DNA of 63,112 nucleotides, the filler included, from Folioceros fuciformis (taxonomy: Eukaryota): NCBI GenBank assembly GCA_049999805.1. It is 8 parts of 8 records of this genome, joined end to end, with 100 filler letters (N's around TTAATTAATTAA, not from the genome) between each part and the next. Parts side by side here need not be neighbours in the genome. Positions count along the whole stretch, not along the records: positions 42,076 to 44,710 come from JBNGIO010003514.1; positions 44,811 to 47,175 come from JBNGIO010003516.1; positions 47,276 to 60,337 come from JBNGIO010003517.1; 5 more parts are not named here. The stretch is one strand, 5' to 3'. The position numbers were made by a program, and so were the translations under genes. Numbering within the stretch: the stretch's first letter is position 1; every line of letters starts with the position of its first letter. The notes beneath the pieces are model-generated. The model did no database searches, had not been told where the DNA came from, and saw only the letters and a list, made by a program, of their open reading frames with translations. Shown here one piece after another: positions 43,700 to 55,401 of the stretch.

Positions 43700-44580
43700 G
43701 TAGTCCCCATCGTCCTCATTGTCCACACCATACGCAGACAGTGCCACTATCCCTGCAAGCCTTTCAACCTCTTCATCGTCGGCATGAACGCTACATGCAA
43801 CTAGTGCATGTGCCACGAGTTTGTTGTATCCAACTCAAGGATGGCCTGCAAATCGTGCATGTACCCCTTGTACCGACCTCCAGAAGTGTTCGATTTTGTG
43901 CAACTGAGGTGCACCAACCTTGTAGTTAGCATTGGCCTTCATGGCCTTCCCCCCTTCCCCTCTTCCGTATCCACACCCTCATGTATACCCTGTCTGCCTT
44001 GCCCCTCACTTGGTTATGGACCGAGGGTCCTCTTATTATTGCTTCCGTTCTCCCGTGGCCACCCCTTCCTGAAATCCGCCTTCACCAGGTTGTGCTCAGC
44101 TGCATAGTCCGACCTCAGCCGAATCTCTGCACAGCCCCAATGTACGCATCATAAATGGTTTCTGCTTGTTTGTTGTCCGCCAACACTGCCCATGTTATGT
44201 AGTGTGTTGCTCCATTGATTGTTGCGTGCACTCTCATGTGGAAGATACACATTTTGTCATATGCTGCACCCAAACCATCGCAGTTCTTAGTCAGGTTGCA
44301 ACATCCACAAGCTTAAGGCAACAAGGTTCAGACACTCACAATCCATGTGCCACATGTACATTGGAGTCCGATTTGTGTATTGCACCCGCAAAATATGATT
44401 CCGTGCTCGTAGTGCCATTCCCTCCGGCTGCATTGCCCGTAGTGCTGCTTCTACTTGCCTTCAGGGCACTATGTGCCCTGCATCCAACAATGCTGCCTGC
44501 ACCACTCTCACTCCCCATGTGATAGCACTGGGAATGGGATGGTGCAGCTCCTGCAATCTCGTCTCTCGTTTGTTGCTGCA
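43700..44580 (-). mobile_element. Degenerate integrase-type DDE transposase (IS3EU-like) containing spliceosomal introns
   Basis: Hand translation: WGVRVVQAALLDAGHIVP*RQVEAALRAMQPEGMALRARNHILRVQYTNRTPMYMWHMD|intron|SYDKMCIFHMRVHATINGATHYITWAVLADNKQAETIYDAYIGAVQRFG/LRSDYAAEHNLV.../IIRGPSVHNQ|intron|KIEHFWRSV. This is collinear with the remembered consensus WHIDG.DKL..G..IHG.IDG.SR...R.D.G.EN...G.SVHNQRIERLW. Confidence 0.8.
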
Positions 44581-44710
44581 GGCATGGTTGAAGAAGATGA
44601 AATAGACAAAAGAAATGCTAAGGACAAAGACAATAGCGACTGCAACAAGTAATGGCTGGTTTTTGTGACATGAATGGGAAAACCTTTGCCTGCAGGCCTA
44701 CTCAGTTCAG

Positions 44711-44810
44711 NNNNNNNNNNNNNNNNNNNNNNNNNNNNNNNNNNNNNNNNNNNNTTAATTAATTAANNNNNNNNNNNNNNNNNNNNNNNNNNNNNNNNNN
44801 NNNNNNNNNN
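44711..44810. other. Artificial contig linker
   Basis: N44-TTAATTAATTAA-N44. Confidence 0.97.
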
Positions 44811-45479
44811 GTCTCACACTTGGTGAGGGGATTTCTAAACATTTTTTCGTCTACACTGAGTCATGACGACTGCTAATTGATCACCTGATTGCTTTGGGGT
44901 TCCTGTTTTCTTTGTCATATCCCATATTGCACCCATCAAGCATTCATCTTTTCCACCTAACCAACTAAAAGGTCGACTACAACCTCACTTTGAAGCTTCC
45001 TTCAATCTTTAGCAACGTTACGTGATGATTGTTTTCTTGTGGTTACCTATTTGCTCATGGGTCACATAGGATAGAACCTTGTTGCTGGTCTCTATTGATT
45101 AAAGAACGCCTTGGAGAGAGCAGCAAAATGGATACCAAGGTATTACCTCTTGTACATTTTTTCCATGTCAACCCATTTGGTATTTCAAATGTCCCTCCTG
45201 CTTTAGCAAATCTTAGAGCATGATCAACAAGTAGACTTTAGAATCATGGCACCGTTAAACTTTTGTCCAACTTCATGACACCGTTTAACTTCTATGCAAC
45301 TTCACATCACCATTAAAAAAAAAAAAAATTCGCGAAGAAAAAAATCTGTTTATTCACAGTTTAGGCTACAACAAGGCAGAGCAATTGCGTATGCAACTGA
45401 ATGAGGGGTTAGCATGCAAGCTAATTCTAAGCTGCAAAAGCGAGCAAAACTGAACTATGCTGCGAGCAGGAGCTACCCA

Positions 45480-46699
45480 GCCCTTATGTGACTTACCTGC
45501 CCCATGGGCAGGAGTGGTCCCACTGGTCATTGTGCCGGAGGAAACCTGCTAGTTTCCATTCTTTCCGTCTGAACTTAGTGTGAGCGGAAGTTCGAATGCT
45601 TTCCGCGACCACGAAAACCTGCTCCCAGATGCGCCATAACAGAGCTTTCCTGGTTATCGGCTGACTCCCGCCATAGACCATTGCTGTCCAGTTTTGCCAC
45701 AAGGAGAACAACGACAAGGACTAGACCACTCCCCACCATTGGTATTGAAGAAGTGGCCCTCCCGACTACCCATCAAGCCCGAATAAGGCAGTTTGCTCGG
45801 TAACCAAGAGGCCTCTCTCTGGGAGAAGTCTCTATAGCCACCAACCAACTTCGTTCCAGATACCTTGCGCATAGTTGCACTGAAAGAAAATATGTTGGCT
45901 TTTATGAGGGGCGCCAACGCTACATAACCTGCAACATTCCTCCCCTGTGGCCACCAACAACCCGTCCCAGCGTTCTGCATTAGGAAAGCAAGCTTGAAAG
46001 AAACAGTAGATGGTTACCCTCACCTTGGGGGGATCCCTAAGGTCGACCACAAGAGCTTGATCGTTGTCCGCTGCTGGCGCTGGGAAAGCCTCAATCTAGG
46101 AGCCAATCAACTTCGCCGAAAAGGTTTTTGTGCGCGCACCAATCGGAGGTATATAACTACTGACGGAAAGTTGAAGATTAATTTTGCGATAGCCTACGCA
46201 CTTCCTACGCTCCCTGGCCACGTGTAGAGGTTAGGACGCATCACTAGCTCGCAATTCTTCTTCAAGCAAAACCAACATCTTACTAGACCTTGTTGCAGGT
46301 CCTGTTTCCTGTTGCCTTGTTCTTCCTGGGTAAGCCAGAGACCCACCCGCCTAGCCCTGTAGAGCGTAGTAATCCCTCTCGGGGCTACTCCATCTATCGC
46401 GCCTTCCTCTCTACCTTTCTCCTCCAGAAGTCCCTTTGTGTTCAACGTCCTAAAAGAGAGGTTCCCTTTATCATCTGTCAGTGATGACACAAGCACCGCT
46501 CTGTCAAAGCCTAGGAGGGCCACATCCAGTTCCTGGTCTGAGCCACATGACCTATCATCCATGGGGTAAGCTCCCCACATATTGATGCCCACCTGGGCCT
46601 CCTATAGTAGCGCTTGCTTCACCTCCTCTGCCATCCCTTCCTGAAGCCAAGAAAGCATTAAACATGGTCTAACCCAGACGGGCGGATTCCACAAAGCCC
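45480..46699 (-). mobile_element. Degenerate L1-type LINE ORF2 3' region (zf-RVT zinc knuckle)
   Basis: PPKVRVTIYCFFQACFPNAERW...CRLCSVGAPHKSQHIFFQCNYAQGIWNEV matches the zf-RVT PPK...C..C......HxFFxCxxAxxxW pattern; frameshifted. Confidence 0.7.
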
Positions 46700-47175
46700 N
46701 NNNNNNNNNNNNNNNNNNNNNNNNNNNNNNNNNNNNNNNNNNNNNNNNNNNNNNNNNNNNNNNNNNNNNNNNNNNNNNNNNNNNNNNNNNNNNNNNNNNC
46801 CACCGACATGTATCCGAATATTTTTGTTGCTGCAAAAGTCAATAAAACCAAAATTACTGAAAACACCGGTTTGAGTCTTCTATGCGAAACTTGATATTTC
46901 GCAACCCTAAACATATGGTGCACCGGTCAACCATCACACAAATATTTCAAAGTACTTCAAGTTTAAGTTTATAACAATTTCAAATTAGGTCAAGTTTATT
47001 GTCAAACAAAAACAGGGTTGTCTTGGTTGGCTTTGGAGTCCATAACTACATCTAAATCTCTCATGCATTGTGCATTTGTATTGCCAAAGTCATCGGCACC
47101 CACTCGTAGGACTGAGAAGTTGGGGTCTTCTGTAGTTTGAGGCGGCAGAGTGCAATTCTCATCCCAGACAGTGAT

Positions 47176-47275
47176 NNNNNNNNNNNNNNNNNNNNNNNNN
47201 NNNNNNNNNNNNNNNNNNNTTAATTAATTAANNNNNNNNNNNNNNNNNNNNNNNNNNNNNNNNNNNNNNNNNNNN
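47176..47275. other. Artificial contig linker
   Basis: N44-TTAATTAATTAA-N44. Confidence 0.97.
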
Positions 47276-47339
47276 CTTCTATCCTTCGTTCGACAACTTT
47301 GTGGCGCGGAACGTGTCTGCGCGCGTGTGTGCTGCAGGA

Positions 47340-48930
47340 ATGCCCTAGAATCACGGTACCCCTATTTTGCGTTCACACTAGATGGCAGGCAAGAAGCATC
47401 TGCCCCAAGGCTATCCCACCGCTGTTGCTTGTGACTTGAACTTAAAGACCACATCTGTACTTGAAAAATCTGATACTACTCAATAAAGAGGTGTTGCTCC
47501 ATGGCTTGTAAGTGATCCCTCGGACGGTGAGACGGCTTATTCGTAGATCTACATTTAGTATAACATATCAAAATAATAGTGCTATGAAGTAAGATTATGA
47601 AAAGGGTTGCCATCCTCGATGGTGCCCTAATGAACCTTTGTGCCTAGTTCTTGTGTTCCTTATTGCTTGAGAATGTTGTGTTCTCTCTCTAAATAAAGGC
47701 TCAACCTTATTTCAAATCATAAAGTCATAGCTTAATTCAAGAGCATTGTGCAATTACTATCTCATGATAGTTCTTCCATCTTTGGTGGGCATAAATAAAA
47801 TTGATTGATTGATTGGTTAATTGATTATAGTTTTATGTTTTTGAGAGTTGGGTGCTTGGATTGAGTACTTCTAGTGATTTGTAGCCTTGTGCTTGTGAGG
47901 CCTTATGTAGCTTTATGCTTCTGCAAACTTGTATGCAATAGTTAAAGACTCAATAGGCTCAATCCTTTTGACAGGAACAAAAGATGACGAAAATAACCAA
48001 AGAGACATGTTTACTGGAGAAGTTTGAAGGCAACAACTTCAGCTTGTGGAAGTTGAAGTTGAAGATGCTTCTCATGTACCGAGAACTATAAGAGTTTGTT
48101 GACCGATCTCTTGTTTCTGTTGTTGAGTAGATACAAGAATTCTTAACCAAAGAGGGCGAGCGTTTACACCTTGACTTAGGAGCATCTCAACACTTTACCT
48201 TTAGTCAGGCTTTGTTCTCAAGTTATGAAGAAATGCTAGCTAGAGCATAAGGTAGAGCTTGAAAGTAATCGATGACACAAGGTCAAAGGAAAAGGTGTAA
48301 TCAAGATTCATCTCGCTAAAGGATCATCCAAAGGTATCAAGGATGTGCACCAAGTGTCTGGTCTTGTGAAAAATCTTCATTTAGAAGCAAGAATCAAGAA
48401 TATGCACCATGTGCCTAGTCTTGTGAAAAATCTTCTTTTAATAGCAAAACTCATTACTCCAGGAAGTGAAATTGTGTTCAATTTGAGGGGATGTCATATC
48501 CATCGCCAGCAATGTGAATCATCTAATGTCAAGGTGATAATAGCTCGAGATGTTCTAGAAGGTAATCTGTACAAGTGTCAAGGTGATTATATCTCGAGAT
48601 GTTCCAGAAGGTAATCTGTACAAGTTGTGTGTTTATGTAGAAGAAAACAAAGCTTGTACATTTGTGTCAGGCTTTTCTCAAACAAAGCTTGNNNNNNNNN
48701 NGCTTTTCTCAAACAAAGCTTGTACATTTGTGTCAGGCTTTTCTCAAAGCACTAAATTAGTGGATTTGTGGCATCAAACGCTTAGAGCACATTAGAGCAT
48801 TAGAGAGATAACATTACGATATGCAGAATCAATGATTGGTAAAGGCTTTGATGTAAAGGAGATTAATGAACCACAATTATGCCAAGGATGCATGATGAGA
48901 AAGATTCATTGAACCAAGTTTCCTTAAATT
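47340..48930 (+). mobile_element. Ty1/copia LTR retrotransposon remnant (possible LTR end, then gag, protease and pre-integrase fragments)
   Basis: LEKFEGNNFSLWKLKLKMLL (gag N-terminus), LDLGASQHFTF (protease D-S-G-A-like), HVPSLVKNLL, GNLYKL, DLWHQ.L.H and C..C of the GAG-pre-integrase region; many stops and deletions. Confidence 0.8.
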
Positions 48931-50849
48931 AGGTGCTTCAAGCAACAAAACCATCCTCCTTTTGAATTGGTATTGATTGCACAAGTTGTGCCGGAACTTC
49001 TTAAATTGCCTTGTCTGGTTGCTACGAGACTCTCTAGGACCACAAGGTTTGCACTCTCTACCACCATCCTTTTGGATTGGCATGTTCACTCACGGCAATG
49101 GAACTGGGTTGCATTTTGGATGCTGATGATGTCGTGGGGAATGAGTTGCATTTCTTACTTGGTGAAGCTGGAGAGCTTAGTTGGTTGAATCAAGGTTGCA
49201 CCCTCAACATCGGTTAGTTGCTTGCCCAAGATCATGCTTCTTATCCATCTATACATCGGTGCCTAAATAACTTTTTTGTATGGTATTAACTCTTCAAGTA
49301 GTTTACTATTAAAGTTGCCTAAGCATGGATTTCCGCCATGGATAAAATATAATATTTACATACACGTATTATGTTTTATATTAAGGTCTCATATGACAAT
49401 GCATATTCACAATAAAGGAGTTGAGGATGTTAGCAGTCCAACCATAAGGAACTACACACAGACAGCTTGCAAGATAGTAATCTAGATAGAGGTATTTTAT
49501 GTATTTATTATATATACTTTTTAACTGACACTAACTTATATAACTTTAATAGGAAAATTTATATATGAAACGAGATGCTAGCTCATCCCTTATCACGAGA
49601 ACGATGCCGTGTCCAGTGGTTATACGTGTTTGCGTGTCGGCGTCCGCCTGTGACACGGCTTATCCAACCGAGTCTCCTGATTTCTAGTTATCCAGTATTT
49701 ATATTTATCAAGTATTCATTTATAACGTAAAATGTTTTCTACATGATCGATTATCCACAGCGCGAGAGACTCCCGATTGGCGTCGGAGCTAGGGTTTCCC
49801 CGCCGTCGAATGCGACATTGCAACACCTACGATAGCCATGAATTGCAATGAGCCACGGCTGTTGCAATTTCCGGGATTCGTAAGTCTTGAGTCCTGTTAC
49901 GTCTCAGGTTGTCCTGGAGATTTGACCAGTCTTCTACCCATCAGAAGCATCTTCCACGTGCATAATTACGGGCCAGGCTGATAGGGAGTACTGAAGACAG
50001 CGTAATCTGTTGGTGCCGTGCCTAAGAGTAGACTAATCCGATTTGTTTGCTTCACATTTTCCTAACGCGTAGAAAGCACTTACATTCGGCAGGGTTGAAG
50101 CTGGGGAAACGTCGTCGAACGTGGACGGGTTGGTGACAGAAAAAAGCGCAATTCCGCGCTGTTGCGAAAGGGATAATCTGCTCGTAATCTGCCGACCAGA
50201 GATACTAATTAATAGTGTCTAGTAATTACGAACGGCTGTGCCCTTAGTGACCCCATTTAAGACACGCTTTGTATACAAAGTGTACTTTGACAAGTTCTGT
50301 ACATTAGCGCGAGACATCTTTGTGAGCATGGCATCTCGATCATGCTAAACTAGATGCTATTAGGATTTTCACACGCGTTGGAGGCAGCTAGCTAACACTG
50401 GGACAGCAAGCAGCCCTGCTGCCAAGAGCAACAGTGCAGCTGACACCCGGCACTTGGAGTCTGAAAGAAGCAAAATGCCGGGCCCGGGCCCTTGGAGGAG
50501 ACAATGTGACGAATCAAGCAGCAGAGCTAGCACGTCGATTATACAGGTGAGGAATCACGATACAGCTGCGAGGACTCACAGAGCAGGCATGGAGAACAGT
50601 AGCTCATAATCAACACAGAGAGTCACTCCAGAACCGGAAATGTGACTTGAAAGCCTTTCCAACATCCATATGAATGCAGAGAGATACCATGGAGTGAGGA
50701 AATCAAAGCCGGAGAGCCTGGGAAAGGGTGACGCTCGTGTGGGGGGAGTTCTCAAATGGGACATCAGGTTGGGGAAGGTGTCTTCGCAAGCCATCCAAAT
50801 TTCTTCTCCTAAGAGGCTGAACCTGGACAGGTAGAAGGTCTCTGGTGCT

Positions 50850-51650
50850 CAATATGTGCAGTCTGCTTGTGTTTGCAGAGATTCTCAGCTATTGGTCCCG
50901 GACTTCGTCGAAAAAAAAACTAAGGCGATGTTTAATCTGTGGGCTCGCAGCAGGTTGAATCCTCCTTGGACAGAGTCACGGCTGGCCCTCTATATGAACT
51001 ACGTGCGGACGTGGAGACAAGACCTGGGACTGATGTTCCGGCGCCCATGTGGTGATTGTTACCTGTGCAAAAGATTTCATTCGTAAGGTCGCTACCAAGC
51101 AGCTGTTGTTGATGTACACAAGTTGGAAAAGGTAGTCCACATGAAGGTTTGTAGCTGTACACGTTGTGCTCAATGTTTAAAGCCTCCACAGAGCAGGGAA
51201 TCCTGCGAGGTCCATCAAGCAAGCTTGTAGCATTCTTGTGGACCTGACAGAGGGGAAGTAGGTTCGTACTGAGCTCGTCAGACGCAATTGGGAGTCTGAT
51301 TCCTTCCTGGGTAAGCGTTTGATGGGTATGTACGCAAAGTGTGGCAGCATCGTGAATGCATAGCATGTTTTTAAGAAAGCCTTTGACTAGGCCCATGACA
51401 TTGTGAAGGATGGGAAGGGTGAGCTACAGCAATTAAACTTTACCTCCAAATGCAAGAGCATGCATCCAAATGCAACAGTCTGCTGCAGTGAGACCAGATG
51501 AGCGTACGTCTGTACGCGTCTTGAAAGCATGGGCGGTCCTGGTGGCCCTTGAAGAAGCCCCTTGGATTGATCAGCAGCTGTGGCAGGTGAAGTCCCCGCA
51601 ACGAAGTAAAGTCATTCATGCTGACGTTATTACTAGCGAGGACAGAAGAA
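50850..51650 (+). pseudogene. PLS-class pentatricopeptide repeat pseudogene fragment
   Basis: ESDSFLGKRLMGMYAKCGSIVNA*HVFKK, LYLQMQ, VRPDERTSVRVLKAW..LVALEEA, KVIHADV; stops and frameshifts. Confidence 0.75.
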
Positions 51651-52518
51651 GCACAAGAGGTTCTTCGAAGAACCTAACCCTGGGCGGGCGTCTCACTCAC
51701 ACTCAGGTTGTATGTGAGTCCTCTCTATCTCAGCAAGATGACAGCTCCTTTGTTCCGATCCTTACTTTGTAGGTGGGTGGATACAGGCAAGCCACCAGCG
51801 CTGGAATAATCGAGAACCCCAAAAGACCACGGGTTTCTATGGACATTGATGGGCACATCAATGCATGGGGGCATTAGATCCGAAAATATTTTTGATGGCC
51901 GCTTAGAAGTTCATGATTGTCAAGATTTGAAAATGCATGTCGAGCAACAGCAATCCTCAGCGGCTGCACCGGTGAGACCAGAAACTGGCCCAACAATCCT
52001 CAGGTGATCCCAGTATAATACATATTATGTCCGTATCTAAGGGTATCTCTGCGCACATATGCAGAGATACCAGGCTTACATACATGTGTTCACTTGAATC
52101 ACAAAACACCTGTTTCGCACGAACACTAGATGGTAGGCAAGTACCATCCGGATTCCCAGTTCTGGTTGTTGTCGTTGTGATTTGAAGGTATTACAGTCCA
52201 TATAGTACCAGAGCTGTTGTTGGAAATTGTAATACTAATCCATAAGACCTATCAGTGATCGATCGGTTTATAAGGCCCTCGGACTGTAAGTTTACAAGAC
52301 ACAGCGGCACTTGCAGTGGGTGGCAGGAGGACACTCGGTAACAAGGATTTATGTTTGGGAACAAGGTCCACTGTTTGGCAACAATTGCCCATAAAAGCGA
52401 TCCAAGAACACCATCTTCAAATTAGTGCTTGATCGTTGTTTTGAATCTACTCTAGGGGACAGATTAATAGAAAATACTCCATCTCTCTAGGGGACAGGTT
52501 TTGCTGAGTATTGTCCAG

Positions 52519-53295
52519 CTACAAAGCAGAGCCAAAGATGCGAAGACTACGAACATCCGCATCCAGCAACCCCTGGCCGTCTTCATCGGCTTTCCGACCG
52601 AACTGGTAGGTGAGAGAGCGACTAGCCTTCATGGAGAAGTCGGTAACAGAAGGGCGCACTGTTGCGGTGGCCACTCGCTTCTGGTCCAGGAACAAATTTG
52701 CGGTGCGTGTGCGTCGATTAAACTGGAAGGCAACGTCGAACCAAGCGCCGTCTGGAACCCGGCTGACGGACCTGAGGAAGACAAGATCCTCCTCCGGGTC
52801 GGTTCCGTTGAGAGGTAAGTTGGGCGGTGCGGTTGCTTTGGCGGGTATGTTCCGACGCAGGATGACCGAGATGGTGCGCCCAACGTCGAGTGTGCTGATG
52901 AACTGCCACTGGCCGGAGCTCCAGTCAGCGAACAGGATCTGAGTGGAGCTGGGGTAGCGTGGAATCCGCATGGAGAAGGTCACGGTGAAGCTCATGGCGT
53001 AAAAGCGGACGGGAGGCAGGTTCAGGTAGCCCGGCTGCCGGATGCGCACGAAGCCTCCATTTCCGCACTCGCCAGGGATGTCGTTGTCCGAGGCGAGAGC
53101 CACGTTGGGTCCCATGGGCACGGCTTGCCCCCGGTGCAGCTTGGATATGTCGGACAGGGTGCCATCAAAGGACCAATGCGCCAGCTCCGTCTGATTGTTG
53201 AAGGTGCACTCCACCATCGGCATAAACTGGGTCGACGCCAGCAAGAAGAGGGCCAAATTTGCAGCAGCAGCTACAGCTCTTGCGGAAGTCATCAT
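52519..53295 (-). CDS. Secreted single-domain LamG/concanavalin-A-like jelly-roll protein, 258 aa, intronless
   Basis: Signal peptide, then LAHWSFDG, SFTVTFSMR, ILFADW, WFDVAFQFN....ANLFLD, YQFG, LDADVRSLRIFGSAL, in the order expected for Laminin_G_3-type domains. Confidence 0.75.
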   Translation of the reverse strand: MMTSARAVAAAANLALFLLASTQFMPMVECTFNNQTELAHWSFDGTLSDISKLHRGQAVPMGPNVALASDNDIPGECGNGGFVRIRQPGYLNLPPVRFYAMSFTVTFSMRIPRYPSSTQILFADWSSGQWQFISTLDVGRTISVILRRNIPAKATAPPNLPLNGTDPEEDLVFLRSVSRVPDGAWFDVAFQFNRRTRTANLFLDQKRVATATVRPSVTDFSMKASRSLTYQFGRKADEDGQGLLDADVRSLRIFGSAL

Positions 53296-53699
53296 GCTGA
53301 TCGACGTCGATAGTGTACAACTCCTGCAGCCAAGCGAATGTATGAATGCACTTGCCCTCGGCCAATGCCAATTTATCATGCAAGCTTTTATCATGTCCTA
53401 GACTGACTTCTTCGAGCCCGCTGCATTCCGATGTGCACTGTAGTCAAGAGCTTTGAATTGACTCTTTGACATCATAATCTCATGTTTCCGGGCTTGTTAT
53501 TCCCTAGTGCCTTATATTCGAATTCCAGGATCTCGAACGGTCGAAAGCTACCGGAATAGCGAGATCCAGTGGAGTAAAGCTGAATCTGGACTGGAATGTA
53601 CACCTGCTCAAGGCTGACTATAGGTGATATGCAGGCACTTTTGTGAAGCTCGATGTAAGGTAAGCGCTGCTATCAGATAAGGTCAGGGATAACTCGCTT

Positions 53700-54040
53700 C
53701 TGGGAACTTACTGCCCACAAGCTTAGCCCCTCGAGCAGCCAAAATGTGGCCCTCATGGAGCGCGTAAACGGCAAAACGACAGAACAAGGACAAGGTTTTT
53801 GCAACAACGCCCGAGACCTCGGATGGTTCGGTCAAATTTGACTGCCGCCCGCATCTTGGGGGTGGAGCTTGTTGGGTTTCGGAAAAGCATACGATCGCTG
53901 GCAATCTGAAGCGAGCCCCCGCCACACATCTCTTGTTCACATCTCCTTGAAGGCCAGTAGCTCTCTCACTCACCAGTTCTGTCGAGCGAGGCCGATGATA
54001 GTGGCCAGGGGTTGCTGGATACGGGTGGATACATCTGGCT
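53700..54040 (+). pseudogene. Inverted degenerate paralog of the LamG-like gene (3' half)
   Basis: ISLKASSSLTHQFCR/ADDSGQGLLD matches FSMKASRSLTYQFGRKADEDGQGLLD; ggccaggggttgctggata is the near reverse complement of 52560-52578. Confidence 0.7.
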
Positions 54041-55401
54041 CCCACCTTGTGCAATCGTCCTTCTTAGATGATTCCGTCTGCAGTTTACATGGTGCTAGTG
54101 ATAGTTGACTCCATTGATGTCGTAAGGACAGGAGTGCCAGCCTGCTTATGTCAGATATCCTTTGAGCCATCTCCCAGCACAGCCTTCAGAGGGCGAGGAA
54201 GAGGTGAAAAGCCAGAGCCAGAGCGACCTGTTCTTCCTTTAGCACCTTGGTATCACCAGCTGGCCCTCTGATGTTGATACGCGTCGCTGTATACCTCTGC
54301 TTGTATAAGGGAATCCACAACGGCAATCCGGAACCAGACTTAGATAGAAATCATCTTTCAAGATGTCGTCTCCTTCAGTTTTCTATTTTTATGGTCTCCT
54401 TCTATCTTGTTTTGTAATTCTTCCCAGATCGCTCCACGTACGTCCGTTTCAGGAAAGGATCTGATTGGCGTCAGAACGTTGCATCTGTCTACTGGAACTC
54501 ACGCCTGATATCTGAGCGCTTCCTACCTCAGTATAGCATGTAATTTTACCCACATCCCAATTTCCTCTGAGTCCCTCAAGGCTAGCCCAGCCGGTCCTTT
54601 CTCTGCATGGTTGTTTAACCATGCTGCCCCATGAGCGCGCTGCGCTGCTGTGTCGCATTAGAGGTCACGACCAAGTGAAGATACATATACTGCATGTATC
54701 CACACTGATCTGATATCATACATCTCCACTGGTTTGATATCAGACAGTAGAAGAATTTTATATTAGAAGTCTATGAAAACCATGCTTACAGAACATGTCT
54801 CAAGGAAACCAGACGTTGCAAGTCCACGTTCAGCATGTCGGTGTGCACGGGCATAGATGTTCAGCTTCAACAAATACAGTGAAATCATTTTAAGAAGAAC
54901 ACATCATTTTGGTTTTCTCACAATATACATGAGTTGAGTATGATGTAAGTCAAATTAATGTTGCAAGTCCACGCAAAAAAGACATGTTGCAAGAAGAATG
55001 CTCAGCTACTCATAATGCAGCATGTAGGCTGTGTTCGTTTATAAATACACACCACATAACAGCTACCTTACGGCTACAATGTTGCAAGGTGTTTACAGAC
55101 TGCTTGCCTTGCCTAGGCTTTTGGAATTGGACACATGATGGTAACGTCACTCAAAGCATCTCATAAGTACCCCTTCCACAGTTATTCCAGGTCCAAAAGC
55201 CAAAGCCAGAGTCGACCCATTCTCACAAGAAAAGGAACCCGTTACAGGAACTTGAGCTTTGTGTTTACGGTACTTGTCCAGAACGAAAACCACACTGACT
55301 GCTCCCATATTTGCTTACATGGCATATATACCCCTGCAGTAATTTGTAACAAGGTCTGGATGTCTAACAATGTTTGCGCTTAGAACTATGGGTAGGTAGG
55401 C

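Noticed and set aside
45316-45328. Poly(A) run as the tail of the adjacent LINE fragment
   Set aside because: The LINE is on the minus strand, so its tail should appear as poly(T) on the plus strand
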